Assembly: GCA_964357975.1 (NCBI GenBank)
Contig: CAYHNG010000004.1
Span: 6,380-70,379, forward strand
From: an uncultured Pseudomonadales bacterium
GTDB taxonomy: Bacteria > Patescibacteriota > Microgenomatia > UBA1400 > MFAQ01
DNA length: 64,000 bases
Reading direction: 5' to 3'
Below the pieces are notes generated by a model. That model did no database searches. It saw nothing but the letters and a program-made list of their open reading frames with translations, and was not told the origin of the DNA. How positions within the stretch are numbered: the stretch's first letter is position 1; each line of letters starts with the position of its first letter. Shown piece by piece: positions 1 to 9,934 of this stretch. The position numbers and the translations under genes are program-made.

Positions 1-372
1 ACCAAGTGCCGTTTTGAAGATTGTAAATTGAATTGGATAAACTTCAAAGATTGTTCACTTTCGAGATGTGTGTTTCAGCACTGTTTACTGGAAGGGTGTT
101 CCTTTGAAAAACAAAAGCTTCCCGGTTGTCTTTTTCCAGAATCGGATCTAACAGCGGTATACTTTGCCAACTGCGACCTTTCCGGTATGAACCTCACCAG
201 GGTAAACCTAAAAAAAGCCGTCTTTGACTATTGCAAACTAAAAGGAACCAACTTTACGGATTCAAACACTACTGGTGTCTCTTTTCAGGCTTGTCAAATT
301 GGTAAGACAATTCTCGACCTTGAAGGATTCATCCAGTTCGGTCTATCCAAAGGATTTGTTCTTCAGAGCTGA
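1..372 (+). CDS. pentapeptide-repeat protein (5' partial; the reading frame is open to position 1)
   Basis: Runs of 5-residue repeats such as CVFQHCLLEGCSFEK, AVYFANCDLSGMNLTRVNL and AVFDYCKLKGTNFTD. The frame continues upstream of the annotated TTG at 28 without a stop. Confidence 0.55.
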   Translation, partial: TKCRFEDCKLNWINFKDCSLSRCVFQHCLLEGCSFEKQKLPGCLFPESDLTAVYFANCDLSGMNLTRVNLKKAVFDYCKLKGTNFTDSNTTGVSFQACQIGKTILDLEGFIQFGLSKGFVLQS

Positions 373-385
373 TAAAATTGTGCAC

Positions 386-754
386 ATGTCGTCATCTCTT
401 TCCAAAGAAATGCTTCTTTCGTCGGTAATTTCCGGTGAAGTGGGCAAACTAAGTTCCAAACTGTCGTTCTGGCAGACCAATGTCGCGGCGGCACAAACCT
501 TGTGGGAATCGCCCGATTCGCTTTCATTGGAATCTGTACTGGACTCCATCGATCCGGAGGAAGATCTCCTTGAATCGGTTGACTTGGCTTTACTATATGG
601 CATGGGTTGGGAATTCATCTGGGGCAAAAAACCGCCTGAGGTTGTTAGCCAGCTACGTCGAGAAATCGTTCAGAAAGCCAGAGAGGGCATGGCTCTAAGC
701 GAATTGGAAACCTTGTGGTACCGGCTAATCTGTGTGGATACCGATATGTTTTAG
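386..754 (+). CDS. hypothetical protein
   Basis: ORF 275..754. An internal ATG at 386 (MSSSLSKEM...) avoids overlap with the upstream gene. No recognisable motif. Confidence 0.3.
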   Translation: MSSSLSKEMLLSSVISGEVGKLSSKLSFWQTNVAAAQTLWESPDSLSLESVLDSIDPEEDLLESVDLALLYGMGWEFIWGKKPPEVVSQLRREIVQKAREGMALSELETLWYRLICVDTDMF

Positions 755-1543
755 CGTCGAATAAGTGTCCCGTGATGTTTTTCTCCTAAGATCGCCTTCG
801 TTAGCTCGTTCGGCCTGTTTCCGTTGATAATAATTGTTTCAAAACCTCGATCGGCCATTGCCAAACTCTCTCTCACTTTGTGAATCATTCCCCCCGTCAC
901 ATCAACCTTACCGGATGGGATAATATATTTTTCCACCTTCTTACTGTTTTTGCGGTTTATTTCCACAATAGTTTTTCCTGTTGAGTCGTATACCCCGTCG
1001 GTATCTGTACAATAAACAAAACTAATTATAAATTTCTTGGCCAATTTCCCTGCCAGAGCTCCCAGCACCAGCTCGGTCGAATAAATACAGGCGCCTACTT
1101 TCTTATCAAAAATAACGTCACCGTATAACACCGGTAAATAGCCTATCTTCAAAGCTTGTTCAATTGGGTCACAAAAAACCTCTTCGACTTTGAAGTTATT
1201 TGCCAGAATGCAACTCTCGGGAGAAAACGATACCACCGGTAACTTCTGGTCAAGAAATGACCTTATTACCACCCTATTTAGTTCAATTGCCCGGTCGGCG
1301 ACGATCGGGAAGCCCTTGAATTGTAACGATCCTTTGATACCCTCCTTCACTTTGAATTCTACTGCCGGCCTGTGGGCAAAAGATCCGGCACCGTGTGCCA
1401 CTATTATTTTTCCATCGAAGTTCCTCCGGACCTTTTTCAGCTCTCCAGCCAGCCGCTCTATCGTTTCCGGTCTGGATGTCCGGTCCTTGTTTTTGTCAGT
1501 GATCAGACTTCCACCCAGTTTAACTAATGCAAGTTTTTCCATC
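751..1543 (-). CDS. isopentenyl phosphate kinase-like (amino-acid kinase family; alternatively FomA-like)
   Basis: Start at the internal Met, MEKLALVKLGGSLITDK. Motifs IVAHGAGSFAH, VYCTDTDGVYD, DVTGGM and NGNRPNELTKAILGE are as in archaeal IPKs (ILKLGGS / VHGGGAFGH / ATDVDGV / DVTGGM / NGNK). Confidence 0.55.
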
Positions 1544-1576
1544 ACTGATAGTTTATCAAAGATATAATAGTAATTA

Positions 1577-2164
1577 ATGAAAACCATCACTTTCGTCACT
1601 GGCAATGATACTAAGGTCCGCCATGCCAGAGAAGCCATGAAAGGCTTTGAAATTGAACTAGTTGGCAGAAGACTTGATATCATCGAACCGCGAGAGGAGG
1701 ACCCTGAAAAAGTCGTCCGCGAAAAAGCACTGCAAGCGGCCAAAATAGTTAGCCTGCCATTGATGGTTGAAGACTCCGGTATTTTTATTCAGGCTTTGGG
1801 AGGGTTTCCTAAGACCTTTGTTCACTTTGCCGAAGAAACACTCGGTATTGCCAATATTTTGAAAATGATGGAGGGCGTAAAAAATCGTCATGTTGAATTT
1901 CGTCAGTCTCTTGCCTACTTCGAGCCCGGTATGGCTGAGCCCAAAATTTTTAGTTATATCGACGGAAATTTTACTCTAGCCGATAAAATCTGGGAGCCGG
2001 AATTTGGAGACACCGATGACTTTAATAAAATTCTAATTCCACCCGGAAAAAACAAAGCTCTCAGTACTTTTAGCCTGGAATGGCAGGCCGAAAGAGACAC
2101 TGAAGCAAACAAGGACACCATTCACTATCGGCAATTGGCCAAGTGGTTAGCGTCTAGGCTTTAG
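1577..2164 (+). CDS. Ham1/ITPase-family non-canonical NTP pyrophosphatase
   Basis: N-terminal ITFVTGNDTKVRHA and central LPLMVEDSGIFIQALGGFPKTF match RdgB/Ham1 motifs (ATGN.GK ; DDSGL.VD.LGG.PG). Confidence 0.6.
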   Translation: MKTITFVTGNDTKVRHAREAMKGFEIELVGRRLDIIEPREEDPEKVVREKALQAAKIVSLPLMVEDSGIFIQALGGFPKTFVHFAEETLGIANILKMMEGVKNRHVEFRQSLAYFEPGMAEPKIFSYIDGNFTLADKIWEPEFGDTDDFNKILIPPGKNKALSTFSLEWQAERDTEANKDTIHYRQLAKWLASRL

Positions 2165-2207
2165 CAGTCGACTTGACGGAGTGCCAAAGTAGTTGTATTA
2201 TTTTTTT

Positions 2208-4334
2208 ATGGAAAATCCAAAACAAGAAGAGGGGAAACTCCTGGAGAAATATACCGTCAATCTCACAACCAAAGCTAAATCCCACCGGCTCGATCCGGTT
2301 ATTGGTCGGGACATGGAAATTCGTCGTGTCATGCAAGTTCTTTCTCGCCGTACTAAAAATAATCCCGTTTTGATCGGAGACCCCGGTGTTGGCAAAACTG
2401 CTCTCGTCGAAGGGCTCGCCAACCGTATCGCCGGTGGCGACGTTCCTGACTCGATCAAGGATAAAGATCTTTTGGTCTTGGATATGGCTAGTGTTCTCGC
2501 CGGTGCATCCTACCGAGGTGAGTTCGAACAAAGAATGAAAGGGTTGGTCGATGAAGTAATAAAAGGTGAAGGGAAATATATTCTATTTATTGATGAGCTA
2601 CACACCCTAGTTGGCGCCGGTGCCGCCGAAGGGGCTGTCGATGCCGCCAATATTTTGAAGCCGGCACTGGCGAGGGGAGAACTCCATCTCATTGGTGCCA
2701 CCACCATTGATGAGTATCGCAAGTATATCGAAAAGGACGCGGCTCTCGAACGGCGTTTCCAGCCCATCCTTGTGGAAGAACCCAGTCAAGAGGATACCAT
2801 TGCCATTCTCAGAGGGATCAAAGAAAAATACGAAATACATCATAAATTAAGAATTAGCGATGATGCTCTCATCGCGGCTGTTAATCTTTCGGTCCGCTAC
2901 CTTCCGGATCGCTTCCTGCCGGACAAGGCCATCGATCTGATCGATGAAGCCGCTTCTTCTCTCAAAATAGAAATTGAGTCCATGCCTGCCGTCCTGGATC
3001 TTCTCAAAAGAAAAATTACCCAAATCGACATCGAGCTTGCTGCCCTCAAGAAAGAAAACTCCGACTCGGCCAAGTCCCGCCGTGAAATTCTGGAAAAAGA
3101 CCGGGAGGATAAAAAGGTTGAAGCCGCCAAAATCGAAATTGCTTGGAAACAACAAAAAGGCATAATCGAAGAGATAAATAAAATCCAGTTTGAAATCGAC
3201 CAATCAAAAATTAAGCTAGACACGGCTGAAAAGGAAATACATCTGGAAGAGGCTGCACAGCTGAAGTATGGAACACTGCCCAAACTTCTGGAAAAATTAA
3301 ATGAAAAACAAAAGGAATGGAGCAGTATTCTGCCGAAAGATCGGGTATTGCAGCTGGAAGTCGATACCGAAGATATTGCTAAAGTTATCTCCCGCTGGGC
3401 GGGTATACCCATTACTCGCTTACTTGATTCCGAGTCTTCGAAACTCATTCATTTGGAAGAAGAACTAGCCAAGAGAGTCGTCGGTCAAGATAATGCCATC
3501 AAGGGTGTCGCCAATGCCATCCGCAGGTCGCGTGCAGGCATTTCTGACGAGAATAGGCCAATAGCTTCGTTCCTCTTTTTGGGGCCAACGGGTGTAGGTA
3601 AAACCGAGACCGCCAAAGCTTTAGCGCAAGAACTTTTTAGTGATGAGAAGGCACTGATTCGGATCGACATGACGGAATATACCGAGAGTCACTCAATTGC
3701 CCGTTTGATAGGTGCTCCACCAGGCTATGTAGGGTACGAAGAAGGAGGTCAGCTTACTGAGGCCGTTCGGAGAAAACCATACTCGGTTATTCTTTTTGAT
3801 GAAATCGAAAAAGCTCATCCTCAAATTTTTAGTGCCTTTTTGCAAATTTTGGATGATGGTCGTCTTACGGACGGCAAGGGGCACACTGTTAATTTTAAGA
3901 ATACAGTCATTATCATGACCAGTAATCTCGGCGGAAGTTTTGTCACCGATGAAACTTTAGATGAAGCAGACAAAGAAGCTAAAATGTTCGAGATATTGAG
4001 GGCCAGCTTCCGGCCGGAGTTTTTGAATCGCATCGATCAAATCATCACCTTCAAGCGTTTGGGTATGGATGAGGTGGCCAAGATTGTCGAAATACAGCTT
4101 GGGGAACTATCTCTTCGTTTGGCCGACAAAGGCTTTAATATTATCTTTGACAAATCAGTGAAGGATTACGTCGCCCTTTTTGGCTTCGATAAGATTTACG
4201 GCGCCCGCCCGGTGAAAAGAGTTATCCAAAATAAAATAGAGGATGAACTGGCCCTTCAGATTATTGAAGGAAAGCTCAAACCAGGTGTCGAGATCACTCT
4301 TTCAATAGCGTCAGGAAAACTCAGCATCAAATAA
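2208..4334 (+). CDS. clpB: ClpB-like AAA+ disaggregase lacking the N-terminal domain
   Basis: Two AAA+ modules are present. NBD1 has [15 protein letters not shown] (Walker A) and [14 protein letters not shown]. There is a coiled-coil middle domain. NBD2 has [18 protein letters not shown] and [10 protein letters not shown]. The ATG at 2208 is preferred over the TTG at 2193. Confidence 0.85.
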   Translation: MENPKQEEGKLLEKYTVNLTTKAKSHRLDPVIGRDMEIRRVMQVLSRRTKNNPVLIGDPGVGKTALVEGLANRIAGGDVPDSIKDKDLLVLDMASVLAGASYRGEFEQRMKGLVDEVIKGEGKYILFIDELHTLVGAGAAEGAVDAANILKPALARGELHLIGATTIDEYRKYIEKDAALERRFQPILVEEPSQEDTIAILRGIKEKYEIHHKLRISDDALIAAVNLSVRYLPDRFLPDKAIDLIDEAASSLKIEIESMPAVLDLLKRKITQIDIELAALKKENSDSAKSRREILEKDREDKKVEAAKIEIAWKQQKGIIEEINKIQFEIDQSKIKLDTAEKEIHLEEAAQLKYGTLPKLLEKLNEKQKEWSSILPKDRVLQLEVDTEDIAKVISRWAGIPITRLLDSESSKLIHLEEELAKRVVGQDNAIKGVANAIRRSRAGISDENRPIASFLFLGPTGVGKTETAKALAQELFSDEKALIRIDMTEYTESHSIARLIGAPPGYVGYEEGGQLTEAVRRKPYSVILFDEIEKAHPQIFSAFLQILDDGRLTDGKGHTVNFKNTVIIMTSNLGGSFVTDETLDEADKEAKMFEILRASFRPEFLNRIDQIITFKRLGMDEVAKIVEIQLGELSLRLADKGFNIIFDKSVKDYVALFGFDKIYGARPVKRVIQNKIEDELALQIIEGKLKPGVEITLSIASGKLSIK

Positions 4335-4370
4335 TTTCTTTTGAGAATATCTATTTGTTAAAATAGACGC

Positions 4371-5258
4371 ATGCAAAGAAAAATCAGACGGGCAGTGATT
4401 ACTGCGGCCGGACTGGGTACACGCTTTTTACCGGCCACCAAAAACCTTCCGAAGGAAATGCTACCCATAGTAGACACTCCGATCATCCATTATTTGGTGG
4501 CCGAATGTGTTGAAGCCGGTATCGAGGATATCATTATCGTCATTCGTCCCGGAAATGAAGCTGTCATGAACTATTTCACCCCAAACAAGCAATTGGAAAA
4601 GTCACTTGTAGAAGCCGGCAAGGAAAAGCAGTTGAAGAATTATCTTGAGGTAGTTAATGAGGCTAATTTTATTTTTGTCCACCAAAGACCGGATCTTCCA
4701 TATGGAAACGGTAGCCCCATCCTTACAGTTAAAAGCTTGGTCAAAGACGAGCCTTTTGTTTTGTGCTGGGGGGATGATTTACTTTTAAACCCGGGTGGGG
4801 AAGGTGGGGTTAAACAGGTGGTCGACTTTTTTGTGTCACATCCTGATGCCTATGGTGTCATGGGTACGACCGAAGTTAACAAAGAGGAAATGGTTAGGTA
4901 TGGCATGGTGGAACTGGTTAGTGGTGGACATGAGGGGAGAATCAAGAAAATAATCGAAAAACCTAAGCCGAGTGAAATCACCAGTAACTTAGCCGAGTTT
5001 GGCAGAATGGTCCTGACTCCGGAAATTTTTAAATATTTGGTGGCTACGAATACGGGAAAAGACGGCGAGCTTTGGCTAATGGATTCCATCGAACAACTTC
5101 TCACCAAAAAACCGGTCTACGCCAAAAAAATTCAAGGTGAATTCTTAACGACAGGCGATCCACTTAGATTTCTGATCGCTTCTTTCAAGTATGCTTTGCA
5201 GAGGCCCGACCTGGCCACAGACCTGAAAAGCTTCCTAAGAAAAGAGATTTGCCCATGA
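4371..5258 (+). CDS. galU: UTP--glucose-1-phosphate uridylyltransferase
   Basis: KAVITAAGLGTRFLPATK..PKEMLPIVD is the GalU N-terminal signature; length 295 aa. Confidence 0.8.
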   Translation: MQRKIRRAVITAAGLGTRFLPATKNLPKEMLPIVDTPIIHYLVAECVEAGIEDIIIVIRPGNEAVMNYFTPNKQLEKSLVEAGKEKQLKNYLEVVNEANFIFVHQRPDLPYGNGSPILTVKSLVKDEPFVLCWGDDLLLNPGGEGGVKQVVDFFVSHPDAYGVMGTTEVNKEEMVRYGMVELVSGGHEGRIKKIIEKPKPSEITSNLAEFGRMVLTPEIFKYLVATNTGKDGELWLMDSIEQLLTKKPVYAKKIQGEFLTTGDPLRFLIASFKYALQRPDLATDLKSFLRKEICP

Positions 5259-5310
5259 TCAGTTACAAGCTTAACCAAAAAATAACCCGGAAATATCCGG
5301 GTTATCCTTC

Positions 5311-5643
5311 TTAGCAAACCAATTTAAGAACATTACTGAGATTTGACTGATGCCCCTTTTCATTGATGCTTTTCATCCAACGTTCAATACTCTCAAAATC
5401 ATTCCAATTACGGGCATTTTTCACAATATCAATGCTACCGTAGAAAGTTGAAATAGACAAAGACACTTCGTTGTTTCGTAGGTCTAGTGTGTAAACAATT
5501 TCGTCTTTATGTCGGTCACCTCGACAGTTGCCCTGTAAAACCAAATTTCTTGTAGCCCCCACCACAGGAATATTGCCAGAGACTAAGCGATCAATCAGTT
5601 TTGTCAAAGCACGCTTTTCTTCAGTTGGAGCCAGAGTGTACAT
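5311..5643 (-). CDS. hypothetical small protein
   Basis: 110-aa ORF with no recognisable motif. Sits in a low-density patch with the next ORF. Confidence 0.3.
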   Translation of the reverse strand: MYTLAPTEEKRALTKLIDRLVSGNIPVVGATRNLVLQGNCRGDRHKDEIVYTLDLRNNEVSLSISTFYGSIDIVKNARNWNDFESIERWMKSINEKGHQSNLSNVLKLVC

Positions 5644-5723
5644 TGCCTCTCCTTGTATCTTAAGTTTACATTCACGTTACCAGACCAAGAGGTGTGACGA
5701 CTTTCGTAACAAGATCTGGTGTG

Positions 5724-6014
5724 TTATTTCAAATTATCGCTAACCAAGTTCCAAATTTCTGCCATGAGCTTCATGGATTCCGGCGACAATTTTGTTTTGG
5801 CGTCAATTACCCATACAGGATTCGCTATATCAAGACCCTTAACTTTTTCAAAGTGGTTTGGTGTATGAAGAATGTAATGAAGTTCGCCCCACCAAATTGT
5901 GTACGGTTGAGGCTGATTATCTTTGATGTGTGACATTCCTACACCACTTTTGTTTAACAAGTTAAATAGTTCTCGTAGTTCTTCTTCGGTTTCATCGGGT
6001 TGAACGTTGACCAT
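5724..6014 (-). CDS. hypothetical small protein
   Basis: 96-aa ORF, acidic N-terminus, no motif. Confidence 0.3.
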   Translation of the reverse strand: MVNVQPDETEEELRELFNLLNKSGVGMSHIKDNQPQPYTIWWGELHYILHTPNHFEKVKGLDIANPVWVIDAKTKLSPESMKLMAEIWNLVSDNLK

Positions 6015-6112
6015 GACTCCTCCAATTAAGGTTCAGACCGTTAAGTCTACCCCATATTATATACCAAGAACACACTTTAGACTAATATTTGATATACTAG
6101 TTGAGGCTAAAT

Positions 6113-7477
6113 ATGATCAATCTCAAAATTACCAAACTCGAAAAAAGCTATAACCAGCCTTTGCTGGATGATATTACGCTAACTCATACCGGCAACGGAG
6201 TGGTGGCTTTAATTGGAGACAACGGTTCCGGCAAATCGACTCTGCTAAAAATCCTCATGGGGCTGGAAGAGCAGGATAGCGGCAAGATCGAGTGGGGTGG
6301 GGAGGTACGAATTGGGTATCTTCAACAGGAGATTGATTCACTTCCAACCTTGTCCGGTGGCCAAAAGAAAATCGCTCTCTTAGCCGATCTCATCTACTCC
6401 AATCTTTACGACGTGCTACTACTGGACGAGCCGGACAACCATCTGGACATCGAAAACAAGCAGTGGTTGGCCAGCGCTATCGAGTCTTTTGACGGACTAG
6501 TTATCATGATTTCTCACGACCGACACCTCCTCAAACAAATTACTACTCATACTTGGCTGGTGGAGGATAGGGAAATTCGCACTTATCCGTTTGGATACGA
6601 AAAATTTGTCAATGAATACGAAAGAGAGCGGGAAAGTATGGAGCACCTCTTTCATGTTCAGGAAAAAGAACACAAAAGACTAAAAGAGCTGGTTAACGTA
6701 TTTAAGGCGAGAGCATCCAGTGGTCCCAAAATGGCTCGCTATTATCACGCTTTAGAAAAGCGCTTGGCCCGTTTTGAAGCTGAGATGGTAAAAGATCCCA
6801 AAAAACACGATGCTCATATTCAGCTTAGTACCGCTGTTTCCGGCAAACAAATCAAGCATAAAATTGCCATTATGGTGAAGGAACTGGATTTCTCATATCC
6901 GGATAATTCTGTTTTCGAAAATGCCGAGCTGTACGTTGAGGTGGGGGAAAAGGTGGCTCTAATCTCTCCCAACGGCACCGGCAAGTCGACACTCATCAAA
7001 TTAATTCTTGACCAACTCATACCCGCCAGCGGTGTAGCCAGAACGGGTGAAAATCTCAAAGTAGGTTATTACTCTCAGGAACATCTTGAGGCGTTGGACA
7101 AAGATTCTTCACCTATCGACTGCTTTACCCAAAGATTCCCTATAGCCGATTACGAAGCCGCCGCAGTCCTCCGTAAGTTTTATTTTAGTAAACATACCAT
7201 CAAGTCCAAGATTTGGACCCTTTCCGGTGGCCAGAAGGCTCGTTTGCAATTGGCTCTTTTCCTATATACAAATCCGGACATTCTAATTTTGGACGAACCC
7301 ACCAACCACTTGGATCTGAAATCGGTGGCGGCCCTCGAGGAATTTTTGGTCGATTACGAAGGTACGATACTTTTGATTTCCCACGACCACGATCTTCTCA
7401 ACAATGTCTGCGACATTGCCTATGAAGTCAAAAACAAAAAAATCGCCCTCAGCCCCAACTTCCTCAACGAAAACTAA
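6113..7477 (+). CDS. ABC-F family ATPase (tandem ABC domains, no membrane domain)
   Basis: Domain 1: GDNGSGKSTLLKIL, LSGGQKKIALLADL, LLLDEPDNHLD. Domain 2: SPNGTGKSTLIKLI, LSGGQKARLQLA, ILDEPTNHLD. ATG at 6113 sits 5 nt after a GAGG motif. Confidence 0.75.
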   Translation: MINLKITKLEKSYNQPLLDDITLTHTGNGVVALIGDNGSGKSTLLKILMGLEEQDSGKIEWGGEVRIGYLQQEIDSLPTLSGGQKKIALLADLIYSNLYDVLLLDEPDNHLDIENKQWLASAIESFDGLVIMISHDRHLLKQITTHTWLVEDREIRTYPFGYEKFVNEYERERESMEHLFHVQEKEHKRLKELVNVFKARASSGPKMARYYHALEKRLARFEAEMVKDPKKHDAHIQLSTAVSGKQIKHKIAIMVKELDFSYPDNSVFENAELYVEVGEKVALISPNGTGKSTLIKLILDQLIPASGVARTGENLKVGYYSQEHLEALDKDSSPIDCFTQRFPIADYEAAAVLRKFYFSKHTIKSKIWTLSGGQKARLQLALFLYTNPDILILDEPTNHLDLKSVAALEEFLVDYEGTILLISHDHDLLNNVCDIAYEVKNKKIALSPNFLNEN

Positions 7478-7523
7478 CCACAAAAAAGGCACTCTGTAGT
7501 CAGAGTGCCGAGTTACAAGAAAA

Positions 7524-7775
7524 CTAGTCATAATGGAAAGCACGGCGTTCTTCGAGCTGGCTCTCCATTGGCAAAGAAAGTGAGTACACTTCCATCACTT
7601 TTTGCATGGGTTTGGCTTTTTCCTCCTCTGCTTTCTTTCGGGCATCCTCATTGGGCAACACATACACAGGAAAATCCTCATAGTCAAAGGTGTCACACAC
7701 GATAATCATATGTGTGGCGCTTTTTGTTTTTCCTTCATCAAACCAACGAGCTATTTCCTCTCTTGTAACGGCCAT
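7524..7775 (-). CDS. hypothetical small protein
   Basis: 83-aa ORF, charged C-terminus, no motif. Confidence 0.3.
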   Translation of the reverse strand: MAVTREEIARWFDEGKTKSATHMIIVCDTFDYEDFPVYVLPNEDARKKAEEEKAKPMQKVMEVYSLSLPMESQLEERRAFHYD

Positions 7776-7808
7776 GTTCTACACTCCTTCGGCAGGGTGT
7801 CTGCCAGG

Positions 7809-8102
7809 TTAAGCTTTTTTTGTCGGGAACATCAGGATCAAAATGATCATCATGTAGCAACCGGGGATAAACCAGACCAGCCAGGTTGAGGCTACAAAGT
7901 AGTAGGCGATCAAGGACTTCACTGCAAAACTGCAAACTATGGCCATCGGTATGGTTGCGACCCAATTAGGAATCATTTCACGCTTTCTTAAAAGGACCAC
8001 GAGATAGTGAAGCAAGCTCACGGGTATCCCATACCACCCCCATGCCCAGATCGGCAATATCAAAAATGAAAGCCCAAACAATACGGCATAAACGTCTTTC
8101 AT
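7809..8102 (-). CDS. small integral membrane protein
   Basis: Three hydrophobic segments (LFGLSFLILPIWAW, IPMAIVCSFAV, WLVWFIPGCYMMIILILMF). Confidence 0.35.
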   Translation of the reverse strand: MKDVYAVLFGLSFLILPIWAWGWYGIPVSLLHYLVVLLRKREMIPNWVATIPMAIVCSFAVKSLIAYYFVASTWLVWFIPGCYMMIILILMFPTKKA

Positions 8103-8126
8103 TCATACCTCCAATTCAATGTACTT

Positions 8127-8510
8127 ATGGGATATTGTACCATGCACCTTCCCTGCACAGAAAATCCTGCTAAAATTGGATTTGTGCACAAAGTAACCGT
8201 TACCACTGACGACGTCAAAAAAATTGCCAAACTGGCCAACCTCAAACTTCAAAAAGACGAAGTTGATCTCTTTGCTGGGCAGTTTACAGAAACTGTAGAC
8301 GTGATTAATCGGTTAAACGAAATCGACACCTCTGACATTCCTGCCACGTATCAGGTAACCGGTCTAACCAACATATCCCGAGATGACATCGTAGATCATA
8401 AAAGAATACTTCCCCAAGAGGTCGCTCTCAGAGAGGCCAAACTTACCAATAACGGTTTTTTTGTTGTCCCTCGAGTTATAGACACGGACGAAACAGAAAG
8501 TGTTATCTAA
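8127..8510 (+). CDS. gatC: Asp/Glu-tRNA amidotransferase subunit C (true start probably internal, near 8142 or later)
   Basis: VTTDDVKKIAKLANLKLQKDEV..FAGQFTETVDVINRLNEIDTSDIPATYQV is a typical GatC. Immediately followed by gatA and gatB. Confidence 0.6.
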   Translation: MGYCTMHLPCTENPAKIGFVHKVTVTTDDVKKIAKLANLKLQKDEVDLFAGQFTETVDVINRLNEIDTSDIPATYQVTGLTNISRDDIVDHKRILPQEVALREAKLTNNGFFVVPRVIDTDETESVI

Positions 8511-9934
8511 TGAAACAACTACACGAGTTAACTATCAAAGAAGTTCATGAGGGGTACCGTTCTAAAAGTTTTTCCTGTGTTGACTTGGTTAAACACTTTT
8601 TGAGCCGCATCGAAAAATATAATCCCAAACTAAAAACCTTTTTGGCTCTGAACGAACACGCTCTGGAACAAGCGGCTGCCATCGACAAAGAAATCGCGGA
8701 GAAGGGGATTGATAGGGAGCTGCTCGGTATTCCCATGGCCATAAAAGATAATTTCCTTACCATTGGCATTTCCACCACAGCCAGTTCTCATATTCTTGAG
8801 GGTTATATGCCTCAATACGAGTCATCTGTTACGAGTAAACTGTTAGCGGCTGGTGCCATCTTTTTGGGTAAAACCAATATGGATTCTTTTGCACATGGTA
8901 GTAGCACCGAGACATCCGATTTTGGTCCCACTCATAATCCCTGGAACCCAGACAAACTTCCCGGAGGTTCTTCCGGTGGCTCTGCCGCCGCCGTATCTGC
9001 ACAACTAGCGACCGCCGCTCTTGGCAGTGAGACAGCTGGCTCTATTCGCCAACCGGCTGCTTGGTGTGGTGTCACCGGTTTTAAGCCCACTTATGGTCGT
9101 GCCGGGCGCTATGGTTGTATTGCTATGGCCAGCTCCACCGACTCACCCGGCCCCCTTGCCAAGACCGTTGAGGATGCGGCTTTAATCACCAAAGTAATTT
9201 CCGGGAAAGATCCTTTTGACGCAACGACCAGTCAGTTGGACGTTGAGAACTATCCAGACTTTTTGGGAAAAACAAACCTGAATGGTATTAAAATTGGTCT
9301 AGTCAAAGAATATTTGCTGGCAGACATGAGAGATGATGTCAAAAAGTTAATTCTGGATGCCGCCGAAAAATTTCGTTCACTAGGAGCCACTGTTGAAGAA
9401 GTCTCTTTGATGGATCCTAAATACGCCATTGGTGTCTACACCGTAGTTCAACGTTCGGAGGTTAGTTCCAACCTGGCCAGATTCGATGGCATTCGTTTTG
9501 GTCACACTCGCGGTTCTTTTGGTGAGGAAACTAAACGACGCATTATGCTCGGCACATATACTTTGTCTTCCGGCTACTATGATGCCTATTACAAAAAAGC
9601 CCAAGCTGTTCGAACTAAGATGATTGATCAGTTTGCCGAAATCTTTAAAACCTATGACGCGGTCATCGGTGCGGTCTCTCCCGGTCCGGCTCTTTCGATT
9701 GGTGCCACCAAAAACCAACCCATGTTTGGTGAGATGGAAGACATTCTCGTCGAGCAAAGTTCCGTCGCCGGACTGACTAGCGCCGGCGTCCCTTGCGGTT
9801 TTGTCGATGGTCTGCCCATTGGACTGCAGGTTACTTGCGACCAGTTTCAAGAGGCCAAAGCTTTGATGATCGCCGATTGTTACCAGAAAAACACTTCCTT
9901 TAATCAATTCCCAGACCTAGATAAAACTCTATGA
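8510..9934 (+). CDS. gatA: Glu-tRNA(Gln)/Asp-tRNA(Asn) amidotransferase subunit A
   Basis: Amidase signature GGSSGGSAAAVSA. Start overlaps the gatC stop (ATGA). Confidence 0.9.
   Translation: MKQLHELTIKEVHEGYRSKSFSCVDLVKHFLSRIEKYNPKLKTFLALNEHALEQAAAIDKEIAEKGIDRELLGIPMAIKDNFLTIGISTTASSHILEGYMPQYESSVTSKLLAAGAIFLGKTNMDSFAHGSSTETSDFGPTHNPWNPDKLPGGSSGGSAAAVSAQLATAALGSETAGSIRQPAAWCGVTGFKPTYGRAGRYGCIAMASSTDSPGPLAKTVEDAALITKVISGKDPFDATTSQLDVENYPDFLGKTNLNGIKIGLVKEYLLADMRDDVKKLILDAAEKFRSLGATVEEVSLMDPKYAIGVYTVVQRSEVSSNLARFDGIRFGHTRGSFGEETKRRIMLGTYTLSSGYYDAYYKKAQAVRTKMIDQFAEIFKTYDAVIGAVSPGPALSIGATKNQPMFGEMEDILVEQSSVAGLTSAGVPCGFVDGLPIGLQVTCDQFQEAKALMIADCYQKNTSFNQFPDLDKTL

Noticed and set aside
2198-4033. 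Many 60-180 aa ORFs antisense to, or frame-shifted within, clpB (for example 2198..2458-, 2510..2767-, 2897..3448-)
   Set aside because: Shadow ORFs inside a confidently identified, motif-rich gene. Their products are low-complexity Ser/Arg-rich sequences.
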